NCBI GenBank assembly: GCA_048938385.1
Contig: JBHLMG010000001.1
Location: 1-64,000 of the forward strand
Reading direction: 5' to 3'
Source: Promethearchaeota archaeon
GTDB lineage: Archaea > Asgardarchaeota > Hermodarchaeia > Hermodarchaeales > Hermodarchaeaceae
Length of the DNA stretch: 64,000 nt
Below the pieces are notes generated by a model, which saw only the letters and a program-made list of their open reading frames with translations, was not told the origin of the DNA and ran no database searches. The position numbers and the translations under genes are program-made. The stretch's first letter is position 1, and each line of letters opens with the position of its first letter. Below, one piece after another: positions 59,205-64,000 of the stretch.

Positions 59205-60194
59205 CATTTGAAAAAGGTGTTTTTTTAGTAATTTCGCGTAATGATCGCGAACACTGTACTCTGCTGCGTTCGTAGCTTTTGAAATCAGGCGTTGAGTGAG
59301 AATTGGCCGGCGCTTAGCTATTTTTGCCATGAGAAGGTCAGAGCTGTACACGACTGCGACGGCAAAGATGAATGGGTTCCTGCCGCCGCGTGTTTGGGCA
59401 TCGATTTTACTAAACAACTGGTTAGCATACTTCAACAAGCGTGATTGATACTCTTCAATGGACAACCCTGCTCGACGAAGCCGTTGCCGTATCGTGGGGT
59501 GAAGAACAGTCTGTGACACTATCCGTTGCAGATAATCTTCGCTCTTCCGCTTGACAGGGGCTAGTGGGAGCTTCTTCTTTACTGAAAGCGCTTGACGAAT
59601 TATTGAACGGCTAGTGACTCGGTGACCGAGCTTTTGAAACGCATCTGCAATTTCTTGGAGCGTAATAGGGGCGTTCCCTTTTGACTCACGGACTGCTAGC
59701 ATTAATCCGTATGCCATCAGGGTCAGATGGCTCGTGATATCGTGATTTTCAAGGTTCCTATCCATTTTCTGATAATAGTAGGCTGCTCTATCCTTAATAC
59801 TATCAGGTAAGGAAAGTAGTTCCGCCACTCGACTTAAGGAGCGCAAGGCTCGATAGGTCGTCTCGCGCTTTGCGATCCGTAGACGAAGATTATAGTCGAA
59901 TTTTAGCCTTCGAAACAACCGTTGGCCTCGTGGGGTTAATGGCCTCCCCGTCTTATCGTGGAAAAAACGGCTGGCTTGGTAATCAATGAAACTCCCCAAA
60001 CCACCAACCATCACAGCTCTTTGTCCTAGCGCAACATAGGATTTAGCCTGTGAGGATGAACTTTCCTCCTTATACATCTGGTATGGTGAACTCACTACTT
60101 GGCGTTCAAGGACTAAACCACAAGTAGCACACACATACTCACCATTTGTGAGAATTGCCTTTCCGGGGCATTCGGTGCAGCATAGATTCTCCAT
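59190..60194 (-). CDS. tfb: Transcription factor B (TFIIB) paralog
   Basis: Zinc ribbon CTEC...CATCG, cyclin repeats, GRNP motif. Confidence 0.85.
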   Translation of the reverse strand: MENLCCTECPGKAILTNGEYVCATCGLVLERQVVSSPYQMYKEESSSSQAKSYVALGQRAVMVGGLGSFIDYQASRFFHDKTGRPLTPRGQRLFRRLKFDYNLRLRIAKRETTYRALRSLSRVAELLSLPDSIKDRAAYYYQKMDRNLENHDITSHLTLMAYGLMLAVRESKGNAPITLQEIADAFQKLGHRVTSRSIIRQALSVKKKLPLAPVKRKSEDYLQRIVSQTVLHPTIRQRLRRAGLSIEEYQSRLLKYANQLFSKIDAQTRGGRNPFIFAVAVVYSSDLLMAKIAKRRPILTQRLISKATNAAEYSVRDHYAKLLKKHLFQMLPQP

Positions 60195-60421
60195 CTTCCT
60201 ATCACTTCAGGCGGCTCTACTTCCTGAAGCGAAACCGCTCTTAACCTGACTTTTGGCACAACAGCGTCTGCCCTAGCATACGCTCTGTACGCAACAGCGG
60301 ACCTCTACCTATCCTGTAACTGACAACAAGTCCATTGAGAGACACGATGCTGAAACTATTAACAAAGTATAAAAACGGATGAACAATCACTACACCAAGC
60401 AGAAATTAGGAGGAAAATCGT

Positions 60422-60871
60422 ATGGCACAAAGCACCGGGGCTCGGTACTTCTTCAAAGAACTAGCCTCTTTAATCGGCGCTACCGTCCTTGTAAGTACTA
60501 ATACCGGAAAGACTCTCACAGGTAAGATGAGAGGCTACGATCCCACTACATTAAGTGTTGTCTTGTCTGATGCACAGGATAACAAGGGAACCATATATCA
60601 TCGAATTGTTGTTACTGGACATACAATTTTAGAATTGGTTAAAACGGAAGATCCGTTTGACTTGAAAGGGTTAGCCGAGCAATTAGAAACCCTTTTTCCG
60701 CCTGGTGAAGTTCGATTTCTTGAGGATGCACGCGTTATCGTGGTCTTAAATAAAGTTCGAGTTACTGAACAAGGAGTAGAAGGAACAGGACCCCTCGCAG
60801 ATCGAATACGGAAAGTGTACGCCCGTTTTGTCGAAGAACAAAAGGAGAAGAGCGAGGAAACGTCCTCTTGA
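60422..60871 (+). CDS. Sm/Lsm protein with C-terminal extension (SmAP3-like)
   Basis: GKTLTGKMRGYD...LSDA Sm motif; VEGTGPLADRI C-domain. Confidence 0.8.
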   Translation: MAQSTGARYFFKELASLIGATVLVSTNTGKTLTGKMRGYDPTTLSVVLSDAQDNKGTIYHRIVVTGHTILELVKTEDPFDLKGLAEQLETLFPPGEVRFLEDARVIVVLNKVRVTEQGVEGTGPLADRIRKVYARFVEEQKEKSEETSS

Positions 60872-60887
60872 ACACCTTATCTTTGCT

Positions 60888-62483
60888 ATGATCGAGATTC
60901 TGCATAAAGACTTGCTTGCGCGTATAGCTAGATTTCAAACCAAGACAAGCACAATTGAAACGCCTGCGTTCGTTCCGGTAGTTCATCCTATTAAGGAATT
61001 AATTTCACCCCGAAGGATGCATGATGAATTTAACTGCAAAATTATCATCACGAATGCATATCTACTTTCAAAAGCTGGAAAAGAAGAACCGATTCATGCA
61101 TTGCTAGATTATCCAGGCACTATCATGACTGACTCCGGTGCTTATCAGCTTCTTATTTACGGGGGGGTTGATACAACACCAACTCAGATTATCGAATACC
61201 AAGAGAAAATTGAATCTGATATAGCTGTTATCTTAGATGTTCCTACAGGAGGTTATGCTTCATACTCTAAGGCTCAAGATACGGTCAATGAAACCTTACG
61301 AAGGGCCAAAGAATCAGTTTCACACCGGACAAAATCTGATATCTTATGGGTAGGACCAATACAGGGTGGAATTTACCCCGATTTAGTTGAGAATGCAGCC
61401 CAAGAAATTACCAAACTAGATTTTCCTCTTGTCGCCATAGGAAGCCCAACGCAGCTAATGGAACAGTACCATTTTGATAAACTCATTGATCTCATAATGG
61501 CTGCAAAAAGTAACATACCTACGAACAAACCAGTACATCTTTTTGGAGCAGGTCATCCACTCATCTTCCCATTGATTGTCGCTTTAGGATGTGATCTATT
61601 CGATTCTGCTGCTTACGCGTTATTCGCTCAACATGATCGAATACTTTCTCCAGAAGGCACCTATCGGTTGCAGGATCTTCGTGAACAATTCTGTTTCTGC
61701 CCCGTTTGTAGAAAATACACAATTCGTGAAGTTAAACAACTTCCCAAGCAGGAACGCATTCAAGCCCTTGCTGAACATAATTTGTGGGTCTGCCAACACG
61801 AAATCAATCGAGTCAAACAAGCCATTCGTGAAGGCCGACTTTGGCGGCTTATTGAAATTCGTCTAAATAGTCATCCAGCGTTAATTGATGCCATGCACAC
61901 GATGGTAAAATATCATCAAAACATTGAGCGCTCTTCTCCGATAACTAAAAAACGCGCAATTTTCATAACTAGTCGTTGGTCCCTCTTTCAACCTGAAATA
62001 GTGCGACATACGCTTCGTATGCGTTCTTATACGCCACCTCCATCAAAACACGACGCGTTATTACTATTTTCGGCTCCACAGACACGTCCTCATCACACGG
62101 CCAAAGAATTTGAACGGTTTGTTAAACTATTTCATGAAAGCTCTCAAAGAAAACAACGCCATTTTGACATAATCTTCATCTCGCCCTTTTTCGGGTTAGT
62201 TCCATATGAACTAAGTACTATCTATCCGCTCGCTCAAAACGAACTCCCCCAGGAAGCGATAACAGAAAATCAAATTCTAGTAATTAGAGAGCTGGAGCAA
62301 TATATTAAACGAAATCAACAATACAATCGACTTTTTGGGATTTTTGAATCAACGGACTACTGGCAGAAGTTTACCCGCCTCTGTGAGCAATTACTAAAAA
62401 AATCAAAGAAACCTATTTCGTTGTTCCATACAGACTTCTCAACTCAAAGCCTGAAACAACTAATTACCAAACTGAGTGAATAA
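60888..62483 (+). CDS. tgtA: Archaeosine tRNA-guanine(15) transglycosylase (no PUA domain evident)
   Basis: ETPAFVPV, MTDSGAYQ, HLFGAGHP, FDSAAY and CFCPVC...HN motifs; start ATG 60888. Confidence 0.93.
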   Translation: MIEILHKDLLARIARFQTKTSTIETPAFVPVVHPIKELISPRRMHDEFNCKIIITNAYLLSKAGKEEPIHALLDYPGTIMTDSGAYQLLIYGGVDTTPTQIIEYQEKIESDIAVILDVPTGGYASYSKAQDTVNETLRRAKESVSHRTKSDILWVGPIQGGIYPDLVENAAQEITKLDFPLVAIGSPTQLMEQYHFDKLIDLIMAAKSNIPTNKPVHLFGAGHPLIFPLIVALGCDLFDSAAYALFAQHDRILSPEGTYRLQDLREQFCFCPVCRKYTIREVKQLPKQERIQALAEHNLWVCQHEINRVKQAIREGRLWRLIEIRLNSHPALIDAMHTMVKYHQNIERSSPITKKRAIFITSRWSLFQPEIVRHTLRMRSYTPPPSKHDALLLFSAPQTRPHHTAKEFERFVKLFHESSQRKQRHFDIIFISPFFGLVPYELSTIYPLAQNELPQEAITENQILVIRELEQYIKRNQQYNRLFGIFESTDYWQKFTRLCEQLLKKSKKPISLFHTDFSTQSLKQLITKLSE

Positions 62484-62521
62484 GCTAGCAATATGCACTT
62501 CACCAGCGACACTATCAGAAA

Positions 62522-62629
62522 TGGTGCCGCGTCGGGGATTTTCATCTGCAGGGTAAACCCCCAAAGAATTTGAACCCCGGTCCTAAGGTCGAGAGCCTCA
62601 GATGATTGACCTGGCTACACTAACGCGGC
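62522..62629 (-). tRNA. tRNA-Glu(CTC) with 30-nt T-loop intron (62539-62568)
   Basis: Anticodon arm TGAGG-CTCTCGA-CCTTA; BHB helix TTCA/TGAA; encoded CCA. Confidence 0.95.
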
Positions 62630-62780
62630 TTTGAGGAATGTGTCCAAGCATCGGTTTTTTAAACTTTCTACCATGCCTCTTTATAAGCACCTATTCGGTT
62701 TCAAACCTACAAAAGCCTAATAGGCTACAAAAAGAATCACGACCGAATTCAAAATTTACTATACACTGGAGGATAATACG

Positions 62781-62990
62781 GTGGGTAAAGTCAGAACCGT
62801 CCTTGTAAAACGGCTAGCACGAGAGTTAGTAGAGAGATACGCAGATAGTTTTTCAAAGGAATTTGATCATAACAAGGAGCTTGTTGACGAGCTCCTTACA
62901 AATACCACGAAACGACTTCGGAACCGAATCGCTGGTTACATCACGCGTCTAATGGTTCTTCGTGAGCATGAAGATGTAATTATTACATAG
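62781..62990 (+). CDS. rps17e: 30S ribosomal protein eS17
   Basis: MGKVRT...KRLRNRIAGYIT. Confidence 0.96.
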   Translation: MGKVRTVLVKRLARELVERYADSFSKEFDHNKELVDELLTNTTKRLRNRIAGYITRLMVLREHEDVIIT

Positions 62991-63007
62991 TCATTTTTGA
63001 CCAAGAC

Positions 63008-63919
63008 ATGAATCGTGGGTGCGATCAGATTCGAAACGAACCTCTGGAGCCTACCTTGATGGGTATCACTATCAAAACTCCAAAGCTAGAAATGGAAATA
63101 AGACTCGTTTCGATTGATTCTCTATACATACACGAAGAAACAATCCCTGATGCGCTCGAACAGCTTAAGCAAGAATTAGGCGCTGAACAAGTTCTTCGGC
63201 ATCCAATGATTGTGGATTCAAAAACCCTTGTTGTTCTTGATGGGATGCATCGGGTTGCTGCATTAAGAGACCTGGGGTGTAGGTTGGCTCCGGTTTGCCT
63301 TGTTGATTATCAAAACGCATCCATTCAACTATTCGCTTGGTACCGTGAATTTGAAGGCAAGTGTCCGCTCCCTGTGTTCGCCAATTCTTTATCAGAGCAA
63401 CTCTCTTTGGAGTTGCGTAAAACTTCTACAGATGATGCAATTGCACTTGTGAATTCTAGAAGTGCTATCGCGGCTCTAGCCTTGGGTAATCAAGCGTTTT
63501 TACTCACAATGTCAAAATACAAACCAATTAAAGAAGTCTATGACCAAATATCTAGGATCGAATCATTCGCTAAACAATCAGGTTATCAGATTCATTATAG
63601 CACTAAATTGGATGCACTCAAGAACATTCGTAACAAAATCCGAACTGGTCTAATAGTCCCTGCCCTCTCCAAGGAAGAAGTGATTGAGTGCGCATTAAAT
63701 CAAGAGCTATTCACACAAAAAGCTACACGCCATGTTGTACCAGCACGACCCCTGTTCGTAAATGTCCCGCTTCCGTGGCTAAAATCCATTGACATTAACA
63801 AAGCAAATCAGAAGCTGGTAGATTATCTGAATAAAAAGCAGATAGTAGAACAAGATCCAGGAATTATCATCAACGGAAGGCGATACGAAGAGCGCGCCTA
63901 CATATTCACAGACCCTTAA
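63008..63919 (+). CDS. ParB/Srx N-terminal domain protein, SerK-like (start probably 63059 or 63092)
   Basis: HEETIP, VLDGMHRVAAL and KATRH motifs. Confidence 0.7.
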   Translation: MNRGCDQIRNEPLEPTLMGITIKTPKLEMEIRLVSIDSLYIHEETIPDALEQLKQELGAEQVLRHPMIVDSKTLVVLDGMHRVAALRDLGCRLAPVCLVDYQNASIQLFAWYREFEGKCPLPVFANSLSEQLSLELRKTSTDDAIALVNSRSAIAALALGNQAFLLTMSKYKPIKEVYDQISRIESFAKQSGYQIHYSTKLDALKNIRNKIRTGLIVPALSKEEVIECALNQELFTQKATRHVVPARPLFVNVPLPWLKSIDINKANQKLVDYLNKKQIVEQDPGIIINGRRYEERAYIFTDP

Positions 63920-64000
63920 ACGAAATCAGTTCGCCCCGTTGGTCGTACCTCGGTTTTAGTAAAAAAGGACCACAACCCAAAGCTCTGAATTGTCACCCCA

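Noticed and set aside
63008-63919. ParB partition protein
   Set aside because: No HTH or parA partner; the C-terminal TRH motif fits SerK-like ParB/Srx enzymes.

Overview
Chromosomal segment of an archaeon, most likely an Asgard archaeon. This is an inference from an OSTC/OST3-like protein, a roadblock/DENN-like/small-GTPase operon and an EF-2 paralog lacking the diphthamide His. The window contains the replication origin (ORB boxes, cdc6/orc1, PolD DP1), a second cdc6, rfcS/rfcL, radB and translation genes (aRF1, valS, eS25, eS17, arcTGT, EF-2 paralog). It also holds tfrAB and class I fumarase, cdrS-ftsZ, a Tad/type IV pilus cluster and seven tRNAs, six of which carry nine bulge-helix-bulge (BHB) introns. 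Main finds: (1) a 31-nt BHB intron inside the protein-coding EF-2 paralog, whose excision by tRNA-splicing rules exactly restores the RGITI switch-I motif and the reading frame; (2) a probable -1 programmed frameshift (A_AAT_TTC plus hairpin) fusing a MoxR AAA+ ATPase to a VWA protein; (3) an origin-adjacent AAA+ ATPase/ribbon-helix-helix module surrounded by six arrays of a 9-bp-period palindromic heptad, a candidate ParA-less segregation system; (4) a C/D box sRNA behind tRNA-Gly whose guide predicts Cm34 of tRNA-Leu(CAA); (5) structured non-coding RNAs transcribed divergently from paralogous large HTH/Lrp-fold genes. All product calls come from motif recognition by eye; no database searches were run.
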